Source of the DNA: Chrysemys picta bellii
Taxonomy: Eukaryota
Assembly: GCF_011386835.1 (NCBI RefSeq)
Contig: NC_088795.1
Coordinates: forward strand, 16,802,001-16,866,000
Direction of reading: 5' to 3'
DNA: 64,000 bases
Shown: piece by piece, positions 37,601 through 51,271 of the stretch
How the letters are laid out: the number at the start of each line of letters is the position of its first letter
How positions within the stretch are numbered: the stretch's first letter is position 1
The notes under the pieces: model-generated
Told to the model about the DNA's origin: nothing
Seen by the model: only the letters and a program-made list of their open reading frames with translations
Databases searched by the model: none
Position numbers and translations under genes: made by a program

Positions 37601-40600
37601 CTTGAGGGTGACCCTCCTATGGCAGGTTACATTGATCCAATGACCTGCCTGATTTTTCCAGCAGTGCAGCACAAAGCCGCCACGGTGTTGCAAGAACCTG
37701 CCCCGCAATCCAAAAATGTAATGTTTAACGGCTGCAAGTCTCTCTCAGCATCTCATCCCACGCTGAAACATCAGGCAACAGTAAGGCTGTTAAATTCAAA
37801 TCCTCTGAGCTTCATCCCAACTATACAAAATTAGCGTGGGTGAAATTCATTTCCAGCTACACTGTTTTCCCTCGCCGCGTCTGACAAGCCAGACTGGGTT
37901 GAGCCAAACCATGTTCGAACCAAGTTTACAAAGGTGCTTAATCCAGGTTCTAAAATGGTTCAGCCTCATTCTCACTGACTGGTTGAACTGGGACTATGTC
38001 TAACCCAGGTCTCCACGTGGCTTTCACGTGAGTCACAGAATGTCTCACTGGCAGACTTTTTTCAGCTTAGTTGAAATAATATTTTCACCATTGTAAGGTG
38101 GTGAAAAGAACAGAGAATTAAATATAAGGGGGAAGAGGTGCAACATACAGCAATGGGTTAATATACTAGCCTTTCACCTCTGGAGACTTTGGCCCTGAAT
38201 CCACAGAAACTTATGGGTTTTTACATACTGACTTTGGTGGGATTACTCACGATGTGTAAAGTTAATCTTCACAGGATCAGGGCCCTAGTGCTGAATTCAG
38301 CCCTGGTATAAGCAGGTGCACCTCTAAATTTATCCCTAGAGCTCCAAAGGGAAGATAAACATTTAATTCTAAATTTCTTTGCTTTCTCGACTTTAACGGG
38401 AATTATACCCTCTCTTGCCATGGCCAAATTTGGCTTCAAAGATAAAAATTCATTGCAGATCATGAAAGTAAATGAGTACAGTGGATTACGTGACCTAATT
38501 TAACATGGTCCACCGTACACATTCACACTTAGAACCTGTAAGTGTATGTACGTGGCTTAAGTTTTACAGCAGATCTTGTTTCTGGCCAGGCAGGGCTCTT
38601 CCCCACTCCAAATAATTGTTAATCACTTGAAAACAAAAGATCTGACTCCAAAGATCTGACTTGGTTCTTCAGTGTAGCATTTGCAAAGCCAAGAGCCTAG
38701 CACTCTGAATTTAGCTCTAGTAAAAAATCGTTTTTAAAAATGCATGAGCCAGACAAGCATTGCAGCCCGTGCAAGATGAAATTCTGTATAACTTCTGTGG
38801 GCTAGTCAATGCTCAGATTTCAGCATAGTGCTAAAACAAGCCCCAGCATCTCCCATTTCTGCCCAGGGATGTGTCTTTGCCACTTATTACCTACTGTGCA
38901 AATATGGTGTGGAAAGCAATCCGGCAATATGGCCACGCTACACTAAATGTTAGACACTCAATCCAAATTAATTTGAAACTTATCAAGTGTATTCATGGTG
39001 AAACACCATTTTGACATTGCACTCAAGTGAATCTGTAGAAAAGCAACAGCAGAAGTCACAAACATTGTGGGACCTACTTTTTAATTTTCTGCCAAACATC
39101 TGCAGTCTCAAAGGGCACCAAATACTCAATACCATTACAGCTATTTCCTGAGGTTACATGAGTGTAGCGTGTAAACCAAGAGGAAGTTTAAAAAGGTGGG
39201 GGAGGGAAGAGCTACCATCCCCTCCCCCACCTAAATGAAAAAAATGAAAATGCATGGGACATATGGACTGCATAAAACAATCAGTGATGTAATATCATAA
39301 TATTAGTGAGGTTATTCTAATTATACATTGTCTAAGCAATGCCTCATTTTGCAGTTACTTAGTAGAGTAGATACAGATTACAAAACAGCAGGTCATAAGG
39401 GATACATATTTTAACAGAATCAGTCTTTTCCCCCAAATTAAAACAACAACCTTGCTTCTGAAACATTACTTATTACAAAGGCCATGACAAATTGTTAGCT
39501 TCAATAGCAGAAGGGAACTTAAAACACATTGTTAAGGAAAGTCTAACCTTAAAAAACAACTCGTCACTAAGGAAACGCTAACTATACGTCAGCTGGACTT
39601 CTGAATGCTTCATTTTGTTAAAACAGTTTACGGTATCCGTTATGTAATGTAACTGAGAACAGTTTAGGGATATCTGACAAGTCAAATCCAAATCATAAGG
39701 CACACAACGAGCATACACCAAAAAAAAAAAAAAACTGGAACCTTGTCAGTTATGTTGCTGGCTTATCAAGCTCAGTGTTCTACAGGAGAACATTATATGA
39801 TTTGTAATATGTCAGAGAATGTCAAATTAAGGGCTGTACAATCCTGAAGGGTAGAGCAGAAAGCATTCTATTCCAGGCCATTGAGTTTCTTTAACAACTA
39901 CATGCAATAATTCCCAAAACTATCTACTCGTCGTCTCAATCACATGGAAAAACATAGCACAATGTTAGTTCTAAAGCTTGCACCAAGTGCAGCTAGAGTA
40001 TTAGACCATCCATGTGGATTAAGGAAGAGAGTGATCTAATCGGAATAATTTTTTTAATGACAACTTGTTGCTTTTCTTTCTTCACCCTCCCCCTTAAAGT
40101 TTAAACATTTAATTGCTCGCTTCCTGGCTTCCCAGTACAGAAACCAAGCATATTTTCCTCCTACAGGAAATGTTCCAATTAGGAAGATTTGTAATTGGTA
40201 ATCAGCTGTTTCTTTAAGTTGATTTTGCTCTTGAAAAAATGTTTCAGGGCTATGAAACGTCAAGGGTATCCTTAGTGGCATGCACTTCACTGACCTCTTT
40301 CAAAACTTGTGCTTTCTACTTTTCTGCAACTAAGGCAGGTAGGAAAAACAAGGCAATTATTTAAATAAATGCTGGAGTCAGGAGCTAGGTGGACAGGTTA
40401 GTAAGGGCACTGGCTTTTCACCTGTATTGGGGTGAGATGGCTTTGGTCTCAAGTGACAACTACCTTGAAACAACCTTGTCTCTAATCACTGTGGCTGTAC
40501 TACAGAACTGAACTGCATATAACCGAACCAGTTGGCTTAGAAACCATTTATCTACAAATGGTTCAATGCATTCACACTAGCCATACGGATTCAGTTTAAC

Positions 40601-40679
40601 ACTACTTGTGTTTCCACCAAGGCTATGCTAAACCACTCATTTTCAGCTGAAATGTTCACAGGCTACCCATCCTATAGAT

Positions 40680-40985
40680 CAGTGTTCCCCAAATTTGGGA
40701 CGCTGCTTGTGTAGGGAAAGCCCCTGTCGGGCCGCAGGTTCGGTCGATCGCAGCTCCCACTGGCCATGGTTCGCCACTCCAGGCCAATGGGAGCTGCTGG
40801 AAGCGGCCCGGGATGAGGGACTTACTGGCCTCCGCTTCCAGCGGCACCCATTGGCCTGGAGCGGCGAACCGCGGCCACTGGGAGCCGCGACCGGCCAGAC
40901 CTGAGGACGCGGCAGGTACACAAACCGGCCCGGCCCGCCAGGGGCTTTCCCTGCACAAACAGCGTCCCAAATTTGGGGAACACTG
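40680..40985. mobile_element. hAT-type foldback MITE, 306 bp
   Basis: Perfect 26-bp TIR cagtgttccccaaatttgggacgctg; perfect 8-bp TSD ctatagat at 40672-40679 and 40986-40993. Confidence 0.92.
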
Positions 40986-41254
40986 CTATAGATCATAGCA
41001 CATCCCCCCCACATCAGCTGATTCTGAGCAGATCTGGCAACATGATGGTGGGACAATTCACTAATCTACAATTACGTTGGCACCAAAACAATTCAGATTG
41101 AAATGGTTTAGATGGAAACAGTTCTTAGTAAGGCTAAAAGCAAGTCTGGTCAAAATGGTCCTTGGAACTCATGGGAACACTTTTGTACACGAACATGAGG
41201 TGTTTCACAAGTGCTCTAGGGGTGAGTTGTTCTTGGAATGGCAAATGTCTCCAT

Positions 41255-41420
41255 GGTACACAAGCCTTAAGAACTGGGAGTCAGGATACCTGAGTTCTAT
41301 TTCCATCTCTGCCACTGATGATGTCTATCTTTGAGCACTAATCACACCTCTCTGTGCCTCTGTTTCTCCTCCCATCCTTTGTCTATCTAGACTGTAAGCT
41401 CTTTGGGACAGGAACTCTCA
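41255..41420 (+). mobile_element. CORE-SINE-like head with L2-type tail
   Basis: gaactgggagtcaggatacctgagttctat ... tagactgtaagctctttgggacagg; boundaries approximate. Confidence 0.55.
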
Positions 41421-42895
41421 CAGTGAGTTCAATACCGTGCCAATGTAGGCCCCGATCTTGACTGGCACTTCTATGTTCTACTGTAATAATAAAAACAACA
41501 ACTGTGGGTATGTGTAAAGAAAGAAGTGTTCAAGGCATGTATTTAGAGGCGTTATGTAATTTGGCTACTCAAGCAGTATTTTACACAGCTGTTTTCTTTC
41601 AGATCCTCTCACTAATCTATCTTATACCTTAATGGTAAAAATGTATTGTTACACAATCATGTATTGATATAAGATGAGGAAGAGCTTGACTGAAAGAAAA
41701 AGCCTTAATTAGATATCCTTTTCTGCTATTCAAGTGAATGTGAATTATAAAGGGGGGTTTTATTGACTGATCGTTGCAGTCAGATCAGGCTTTATTCCCA
41801 TAATAAATGAGAGTTTTACCGGAAAGAGCTTCTACAATTAAGCCATAAGCTTTTATAGCAGTGCCGGCTAACACCACTTTAGCTAAGGGCTGTCAGCATG
41901 TCCATTATGAACCCAGTTTTTCAATGGATTATAACTTGCCTATAAAATTTTGCTCCAACAAGAAAGTTGGCAAACAAGATCTCTGCCTCAGGGAGCATTC
42001 GTACGTTTGAAATCATAATAAAGATGCTTTAAATACAGTATTGTGTGTATCTGTATATATGAGCCTTGAAAATTGCAAGGAAATTTTACCAGTCCATGCA
42101 GAAGATCTATTCTTAAGCCTTTTTCCATTGTTACTGATTCAAAAACAAAAACCCAACACTAAAGGTATTTTTTTTTTTTGGATGGATGAATAAAACTACT
42201 CTACCTGGGAATGTGGTCCCTTAATTTAGTTCTAGGACTCCTTGTTATGCCCCTTTTATCACCCTAAATAATTCCTCTCCAACTTTTGTCTTAAACTGTT
42301 ATCATGCCCCATCTTCCCCAAGTCACCACTTAGTCAAGAAGTGCTTACAGGACCAGATGCTGATAGTGTGGCACATATAGAGTTACCTACTACCCAACAA
42401 ACAGCCCCACTAATTTCAAAGGGACCATTGGCAGAGTAAAATACCACCCACCCAATGAGAATCTGGGAATCTGGCCCACATTATTTCACTCTATTAGTAA
42501 CACCGCAATAAATCAATCCCGCCAGGCCCTCCCATTCCCAAGGTTGTTGCTCTTTGCTGAACTTCTTCCAATTTGTCAATATCGTTTCAGAAGTGAGGTG
42601 TGCAGAACCGACAGCAAGACTCAAGGCACAGCTCCACTGGAGCAGTATATAGACAGACTATTACCATTCTGCCCCATGGCATGATGCCTCTCCATGCTAG
42701 ATGACGAACTTTGGATTTCATATGTATCTTGTAATCTTAATTTTGAATGTTCAGCCTAATGTTTATGTTTTCTGAGAAAGCTACAATTTTCTCTTAATGG
42801 GAGTGGGTTTCATCCCATGCTAAATGGACCCAGTCCATTTGGAATCTATTCAGTTTTAAAAGATTCAGTTAAAAATTGGTTTATATTTATAACTA

Positions 42896-43085
42896 CATCT
42901 CTACCCCTATATAACGCGACCCGATATAACACGAATTCGGCTATAACGTGGTAAAGCAGTGCTCCGGGGGGGAGAAGGGGGCTGCGCACTCGTGGATCAA
43001 AGCAAGTTCGATATAACGCGGTTTCACCTATAACGCGGTAAGATTTTTTGGCTCCCAAGGACAGCGTTATATCGAGGTAGAGATG
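42896..43085. mobile_element. Tc1/mariner (Tigger-like) MITE, 190 bp
   Basis: TA at 42894-42895 and 43086-43087; TIRs catctctacc...atataacgc; internal iterated TATAACGC motifs. Confidence 0.8.
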
Positions 43086-46000
43086 TAATGTATATGGTTT
43101 GACAATCATGTTGGACTGTTTTTAAAATGGTGTTTTTCTCTCCCTTCTTCCTCTATGAAAGCCCTGAACTTACTCTACAAGGGAAACAGTAAAATTGACT
43201 ATACACAAAATAATCAATTAAAACAACAGAGACAAATATTTCTCTCTCTAATCTCATATTATAATTATAATCAGTTATAATAATCTTAGGTACAACCTGT
43301 TACAGCAGAAAAATGTTCAGAGGGAGGGTTTTTTTTTTTTTAAGCTGTTTCCCTTTTAGTGTCTGTTAAGCATCAAGTTCCTGCAGCCTTATCTGATAAG
43401 TGTTTGGGGTTGTTTTAAATATGAGAGAATATTTTACTTCCCACATTATGCACTGTCAACTCGTAATATGAAAGCTAAGTGATGTCTAATTATAGCCGGT
43501 CACATACTTTAATGAAGTTACTAAAGAGAAATCCATATTTTAAAACGAATGTTACTTTTAAAGGTGTACTCTGTTCCAGTTCTGCTCTCAGAAACAGCCA
43601 TGCAACTTCCACTCACTGCACCCAAATCCATGGGAATTCTGCATGCACATGTGAAGATAGAATCAGGATCCTTTCGTTTATTTTGTTTTTCAGAACCAGG
43701 TTTATTCAAGCAATTTAGATCTCAAGACCACATGTTCAACTGTACACAGTGTCCATAACTGAACATTCCACAAACGCAGGCGAAACTCAAAATGTGAACC
43801 TTTCTGCAAGCCGGAGAAAAGTCTAGATCAGGTCAGATTGATTTAAGATTTGGAATGCAGCCTCCCAATCATGTGGACCCTGAGGAACAAGCAGCAGGAA
43901 GAGACCCACTCCCATGCGGGCCAAGATGTCCAATGGCTGCTGCCTCCTTGCTGGCCCCCTTCCTTTGAGATCCCTGTCACCTATCCCCACTGGAAGAGCA
44001 GTACAGCAGTGGAATGGAGTTCCCAGTCAGTACAACAGCAGCAGGGAAGATGATCCTAGCAAAGTGAATTCTGTTTTCAAATCTATTTGATTTACAACTG
44101 GATATCTACTGGAATAATAGAGGCTCAACCAGGAAGGACATCTCAGTGAGTGCCTGTTCCCCTGCTCGCCCCATAAGCCTGCAGAACCCCAACCCTGTGG
44201 AGCTCCAGCATAAGAGCTTCGTTAGGAAAACTAGGATTTGGGGGGGAGGAGTGTGGGTGGAGGAAGGGAGGGAAAGAGATTAAAATGTAGGCCGCATCTG
44301 GCTCCCAGCTCTGTGTTTTAATCACTAGAGCCTGCTGCTTTTTCTCAGTAGAATGCTTCCACAACAATGTTCATTTCAGAATCAATTGAAACCATTAAGA
44401 AAATAGAGCTAAAGCGATAAAATTTCCAGATGTGTATAAATAGGAATGTTTCCAATACAACTTTTTTTAGAACAAGCTTGATTCTTATGCGACTTCATGA
44501 AGAAGAACATTTCCACTTGTGGTTGAGATTTTTCGAAGCTGCATCTAAGGGATTTGGATACTCAATTCCTATTCATATTAATGGAAACTGGGCGCCGGGA
44601 TCTCCTAGGAAACTTTGAAAATCTCAGCTTGGGGTTATTTTTTTAAGGACCTGGACTACTTCTCAAGCACATGCTAAAATCCCATTGAAGTGTTCTAAGT
44701 TAGATGCTTCCTGAATCAGGACATGGATCCTCCAATGTACTAGGCCATCTCCTCGAAACGTGCTCACCATCCTTTAACTCCCAACAAAGACCATAGGTGT
44801 TCAAGATGGTCAGCCGCTCACAACACTGGTCCCTAGAACACTGATGTGGTTATTACACTCCAAATAGCCATTCCTGAATGGTGCTTTAATAGAGAAGAAA
44901 TAGCTTAATTAAATCCCGTCCATATTAGAAAACATTTGAGCTCCTCATATGGTACCAAAATATCACACTGTGAAAGCAACTGTGCACTCCTAAGCTCTTA
45001 AATCTCACATTGCCACTGTATTTCTTCCGTTTGCTCATGAAGCCATACTTCCACATAATTATCAGCCAAACTAAATCAGTAAACCATTCCTGATAGGGTA
45101 ACCAACTTGCCTTCAGCATTTTTCTTTTAAGCTACTAGACTTTCTGCGTAGATTTATTTACTCTGACAACTTTGTTCATTTGATACTTTGTAAAGCTGGA
45201 TATTAACAATGCCAGAAAAGCTTACAGAACTTCATGTGAGTTATCACCGCACAGAAGTATGCATAAATCAAATACATTGTTCAAATACAGTATATGGGGA
45301 TATTATTCAAAAGAAATGTGGCACAATACGTAGATGGGTAAATCCTTGCTGACTTCATTGGGAATTGGAGCAAGTAAAAACTAAGAAAGAACTTCAGGAT
45401 TTGGGCTAGAATTTTTCAAAGGTTATGTCTATGTTGCACTGCACACCACTGGTGGCAGCATGGGGGGTACATGTAGCTTCCCACCACAGTGAAAGGCAGG
45501 TGGTGTCCACACTGCAGTGGGTGGCTACATGCATCAGTGAAAGGCTCTGGCAGTGGGGAGGCGGCAGAGAAAGGCCCCGGCAGCTGCCCCCAACCTTTCC
45601 CTTCCCCATTGCCTCTCTCTGTCAGAGCCTTTCCCCACTACCGGAGTCTTTCCCTGTGGTGGAAAAAGTTAGCCAAAGACCCATTACTAACGTATGGATG
45701 TTTCAATCCCTGCCCTAGAAATGAGCAAGTGATATTGACAGTGTCCCACTGTCCAGCTTCCACACGGATAACATTTTCCAGGGGGAAAATGGATGCCAAT
45801 GGATTTTTCAGACTGCTTCTCAAAGCATTTAAAATCCTTGAAGTTGGAGTCAAGGGCTGTAAAGCCAGAACTTTTCAGGACCTTAAGAACAAAAATTAAA
45901 AATCTAAACCACCAAATCAACAACCAGATAATTTTTTATTTATCCCAACAAACATAACCGAAATGAGCCCTTTCTTGTGTTTCCAGACAACCTGAATAGC

Positions 46001-47389
46001 TGCAACACACGCTTTTCTTGGAAATATACAAGCAATTAGCTAAGCCCTGAAACATTTGTTCAAATTGCTGTCTGTTAAATAAAAATCTACGCTATTCAAG
46101 TGCTCAGTTACAGCTTATAAGGAATAGTCCATGCGTTTACGATCTAGACTAGATCTTCCTTAAAAAGCCAGTCATTCCCACACAGTATTTCTGGGATGAA
46201 GCACATCATATTTTAAGGATGGGATTTTCACAAGCACCAAAGGGAATTGCATTTCAACGGGAGTTTGGTGCTGAACTCTTTAAGAGCTTTTGAAATCCCA
46301 CCCTGAAAAACTAAAGATTAAATTCACCCCAGTGTACATCAGTGTCTGCCAGGGCACAGGGCCCATGGTGGCTCATAGTTCTTGGGGTGAAATAATGCAG
46401 GTACGCAGACCCACTTCTCAGCCATCTCTGCCAGGGGTCTGACAGACAACAAATGCAGCCTCAAAAATGGGTGTCACTGACCTGCTAAAGCGGGTGGCCA
46501 AACCAGCTAGGGGATGCACTGACTCTACACATCCTAATAGTACCTTCCACAAGTTGGGCTCCTAAGGAAAGCCTATGAGAAACTACACTTCCCCTATCCT
46601 TCAAAACCTGAGAGAAGAGCATGGTGGAACCACCGCTTAGCCTCTAACAAGGAAACAGCAGCCCTTGTTAGTACTAGGAGGTGCAAACTGATACTCCTTG
46701 TATTTATGAGGTTGACTCTTGCCATATATAGTTGAAAAACATTATAAATGTTTAGGTCATGGGGTTTCCAAGGACATTAAACAATTAAGGCCAAATACTC
46801 AGCTGGTGTAAATCAGTTTAGCTCCATTAACTGTGCTGGGCCGATTTACAGCAGCAAAGGAACTGGCCCTTAAAGTCTTCAAAATACTGACAAACAGGCA
46901 TTCCCTAGCATTTGCCACATGGATTTACTATCTCTTAAGGGAGATGAAGTAAGAGCCAGAACAGATTGATTGCATCTCTTTAGACTGGACGAAGAATCTT
47001 CTGAAACAATATATCAGCAAAGAGAAGAAAAAATAGTTTAATCTATACCAGTAACTTCTAGAGAAAAACCACATTATTCAATGGAAAAGTAGTGACAAGT
47101 TCATGACTTAGTTATAAGTAGTGTCCTTTGTTTAAAAAAAAAAAAGGGGGCGGATGGAGGGGGAACAGCAGTGGGGTCTGTCTTGGGAAGAGAGCTTCGT
47201 TCATTATTATATTACAGCCTTACATTTGACATTCAGTTTGCACTATTTTCCTTTATGAATAAAAGCTGTATTGAACAACATATGGAGCTTAAACCAGCTT
47301 GAGCTCACTGCCTATCACGCTGACCAACAGTTGCATTGTTTCCTTCTACTCCTCTGTCTGTCTGCATCCATCTGTTGTCTTTTGCCTTA

Positions 47390-47535
47390 TACTTCGATAG
47401 CAAACTCTTTGGGGCAGGGACAGCCTTTTTGTTCTGGGTTTGTACAGCATCCAGCACAGTGCGGTCCTTGTCCGTGGCCAGAGCTCTTATGCACCTACCG
47501 CAACACAAATCATTAACAACAATAACAATCATCAT
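47390..47535 (+). mobile_element. L2-type 3-prime tail fragment
   Basis: aaactctttggggcagggacagcc...tttgtacagcatccagcacagtg followed by an aat/aac-rich tail. Confidence 0.6.
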
Positions 47536-48400
47536 CTTTTAAGGCACTGGTGCTCTGACGATTATCCAAACGACACCAAATTTCCTCTAAAACCAAATAC
47601 GTAAGTTATGGTCCATACAACTGAAGATGCCTACTTGAGCGAACCAACTAAAATATAGCCTCGTCACTGACCACATCAAAAGCATGAACCGCGTCTCTTG
47701 GTTTCATCCCTTCATATCCCTTTCAAACAAATCACTGCAAATCAGTTCATTCACCCACACTCATTAACGGGACCCTTTGGTGAAACGCATAAAATGCAGG
47801 AGTAACAAACCAAACTAAAAGACGGTTTTCTTACAGGGAAAAAAAGCGGGTAAAAGCAGAGGCCAAAGTGATGCTTCCAGAATACTTCCATATTCTTACT
47901 AATTTCTGGTTAGTACCATAACTAGCTTATGGAATACTTTAAAGCCAGTTGTTACCAAACTATTTTGAATAGCTGTACCACCTCACCAGACTAAGCCCTT
48001 AACTGTAAAAGTTTCCACCTCATCCCCTTGATTTAGGAAAACTCACCTAAGCTTGCATTTTGCTAACTCTATACTGAGCCAGACCACATGCAATTCAGTG
48101 GATGGCAGGCAACAGCAATGTATGGAAATGCATCACTAAGGTAAGAAGGGTAAATGTATTGCAGATACCAGTGACTGGGAACTATGAATTTAGGGCCCAA
48201 TTCGGCTCAATGAAATCAATGGAAATGGAGGGCTCTCAGCACCTCTCAGAAGGCAATCAGCTCCTTGCAGGCCTTTAGACTAAACCTAGCTAATTATAAT
48301 GCAATTGCCTTCCTGGCAAAAACGAAGCCTCCACAGAAATCAAGAAATTGCTTCTAAAATCCATCAAAAGTTCTGAGAATGAGTGTTTAATAATACTCAC

Positions 48401-48481
48401 AGAATTAATTATTCCTTTAAGCGCTTGGAATCCTCCAGTGACAGGGAAGACTTGTTCTTTTGTATCAGCAATTCTTTCAAG
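48401..48481 (-). CDS. ANTXR2: ANTXR2 exon 7 (81 nt): [27 protein letters not shown]
   Basis: Acceptor gtttttcaaag, donor gtgagt; within track ORF 48290..48571. Confidence 0.96.
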
Positions 48482-49426
48482 CTTTGAAAAACAAACACAA
48501 ATAACTTGGCAGACCAAACACGTTGCACAATATTTTTCAGCCTGAAAATCTAAACATCGGTCTAAAAGCAACAGGCTCTATCATTTAGCAAGAGAATGGA
48601 AATCCTGGATCCCATGGACATTCTGGCCCACAGTTAAAGAGAGCAGTTATGTTTTTTCTGAGCAGGAGTACTTGCTGCAACATGATATGCAGCTAATCCC
48701 ACTGTATGGTAATCACTCAAATAAAACCAGAGTAAGAGGATCCCTAAATACAGACCGTTTCAGACAATCATTTTACTTCTCTTCTTGGAGTGGAGTTAAA
48801 AATCAGCACTAAAACTGAGAGAGAGATAGGTGGTGCAAATTTTCTGCTTCCCCATTTGCTTCATCTTACTTTACAAAGTCTTTCCGCATACCCTTTCTTT
48901 AAAGTTCCTTCTGTACACTTTTCCATTTAAAGTCCAAGTCTTCCTACTCCATTTCCATCCGCTCTATAGTGCTAATTCTGCAAATGATCAGCTTATACGA
49001 GCACAGGACCTATAGATACATCTTCAGTTGATGAAAAAAAACAATAGTCCTTCTTTTGTTTTCCAAAACAAAGACTATTGTCCCCTGTCAACTCAAAGCT
49101 TATCTATAGTCACTGTACTCATGCAAGCTGTGGTCTAAGCTGGTTAACATTTGAATGGAAAGTTTACCTAAATGATCTGGTTCAGGCGGCTATCAATAAG
49201 TGTAATTCATTTCTGAGAGATCTTTTATGTAATAGAACAGTGGCATCCACTCATTCTTTTTACGTCTATTAATAAGCAAATGCCTAAGTATCTACTTCCT
49301 GCTCTGGAGAAGATATTGGACTGTTCCAACATAAGTAAAGTACATTCATCTACCACAGTGATGGCTGCCTTATAAAAACTTGAATTATGACATAATTAGT
49401 AATAATAATAACAACAATGCACTTAC

Positions 49427-49495
49427 TTGTTCTTGTTTAAAATCAAGGACCCCAACACAGTAAACTCTAGCCCCTAAGGTTCGGGCCTTATTTGC
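49427..49495 (-). CDS. ANTXR2: ANTXR2 exon 6 (69 nt): ANKARTLGARVYCVGVLDFKQEQ
   Basis: Acceptor attttggaacag, donor gtaagt; follows a 105-bp intron. Confidence 0.95.
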
Positions 49496-49600
49496 CTGTT
49501 CCAAAATAGAATGAAGAAAGAAATACACTATTTACACACCAGGCTATACACACACAAAAACACAGCAGAATGTAACAGACAGTTGCAGTTCGGTACTCAC

Positions 49601-49708
49601 CTCTTTTTCTGCATACAAGGGGATCTGACCATCCAATTTACCATCTGTCAAAGCAATTATTATACTGGAGAACTTTGAGCCTCCTGCACCCTCAATTTGT
49701 TGATTTGC
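49601..49708 (-). CDS. ANTXR2: ANTXR2 exon 5 (108 nt): [36 protein letters not shown]; MIDAS Asp in LTDG
   Basis: Acceptor ttcattttcag, donor gtgagt; within track ORF 49544..49828. Confidence 0.96.
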
Positions 49709-50634
49709 CTGAAAATGAACAATAATTATCCAGTTTGCAGTCATATCCGAACTTATAACCAAGGTACTTCTACTAAATGAATGCAGCCATTTGAAATAAT
49801 CCAAATAAGACTGAATGATCAAATCCATCCCTAGAATTCACCTCTTCAAGCAATCCCCCATCTCCCCTCTACCTATCATCCTTTCATTAATTTAAACCAT
49901 AGTTGGATCACAGCCTTGGATTGTAATTTGTTTAGGCTAAGGAACATGACCAACATTTTCCAAAGTTACTAGTGACTTTAAGAGCCCCAGCGTTTGGGTC
50001 CACAAACTGACACACATTTAAAGCGGTATGATTGTCATACTCTGCAATTTTTGATGATCATGTCCCTTTAAGGGGTCTCACTTTCAATATTGCCAACCCC
50101 AAACCTTCAAAAATCATTAGACAGGCCCCAAAATATAATGAAATCAGATTAAAAAGAATAAGGTTTTTTTAAACAACAAATTTGGGGCTCTTTTTATTTG
50201 TCTTCTAATTTTTCAGCCCTTTACGTCACAGTGTCAAACTTTTCTCCACAACCGTGATGGCTAGAAACTTACTTTTTCTTTTTGATGAAAATTTAGATTC
50301 TCACAGAGTCCCTGGTCCCCAGGACCTGGGCCTTTAAATTAAACATCAAATATTGTGAGACTCTCAATAAAATTACAAGAGTCAACAAGACTGCGAATTG
50401 GATACCCAAAAATTAAGGGAGCTAAAATCACTAGTCCCTATGAAATATTTTGGCCCATGTCTTTATCTATGTTTGTAAACAAACATGAACATTTTAGATG
50501 CTCTATTAATGTTCTGTAATAATAACAGCAACACTATAAAGCGGTGGTTATTTACTATACCAATTCTTTAACTGTTATACAGTGTTAGTTACTTATTCCA
50601 TATGGGAAAACTAAGGTCCACCTCTTGACTCTAG

Positions 50635-50923
50635 GGGTATGTCTACACTACCCGGATCGGCGGGTAGCGATCGATCTATCGCGTGTAATGTAGACACGAT
50701 AAATCAATCCTCGATCGCTCTCCTGTCGACTGCTGATCTCCAGCAGTGCGAGAGGCGGAAGCAAAGTCGACGGAGGAGCCACGGCCGTCGATCCCGTGCC
50801 GCGAGGACATGAAGTAAGTAATTCTAATTCGATCTAAGATACATCGACTTCAGCTATGCTATTCTCGTAGCTGAAGTTGCGTATCTCAGATCGATCCCCC
50901 CCCCGCCTAGTGTAGACCAGGCC
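50635..50923. mobile_element. Harbinger/PIF-type MITE with TAG TSD (intron 4)
   Basis: gggtatgtctacact ... agtgtagaccaggcc; TAG at 50632-50634 and 50924-50926. Confidence 0.82.
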
Positions 50924-51189
50924 TAGGAAACAATACAAAAGAAACTCCATAAGGCAAACCTCACAGGATTTCCAAGCCCCTACATGGGTTTTTCCTCCTA
51001 CCAGAACAATCTTTGCTTGAGTAAGGACCTTGGGATTTGGCCCTTAAAGACTATTGGATGTAAGATCCAGTAACAAAAAAATGCATGCAAAATGTTTTAA
51101 ATGCATATTGTTTTGTTGTTACTTCAACAGGGCATTCAAGTCATGGGAGAACAGACTTTTATTTCAATTATAAGACTATTAAAACTTAC

Positions 51190-51271
51190 TAGTTTTAATC
51201 CTTCGTGCATGTATGTATCACCAGCTGGCTTCACACTACGTAAATCTTGAAGGCCCTGATTGATTACACTT
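51190..51271 (-). CDS. ANTXR2: ANTXR2 exon 4 (82 nt): (R)SVINQGLQDLRSVKPAGDTYMHEGLKL; MIDAS Thr
   Basis: Acceptor taattattcgcag, donor gtaagt, phase 2-0; absent from the ORF track, found by reading the reverse strand. Confidence 0.94.

Noticed and set aside
31200-38050. Enhancer calls from ETS (ACAGGAAAT), AP-1 (TGAGTCA) and TEAD-like motifs in mildly CpG-enriched parts of intron 7
   Set aside because: Such short motifs occur by chance throughout the window and cannot be supported without conservation or chromatin data.
40656-41056. Cluster of overlapping 61-125-aa ORFs on both strands
   Set aside because: By-product of the GC-rich palindromic hAT MITE; no protein motifs.
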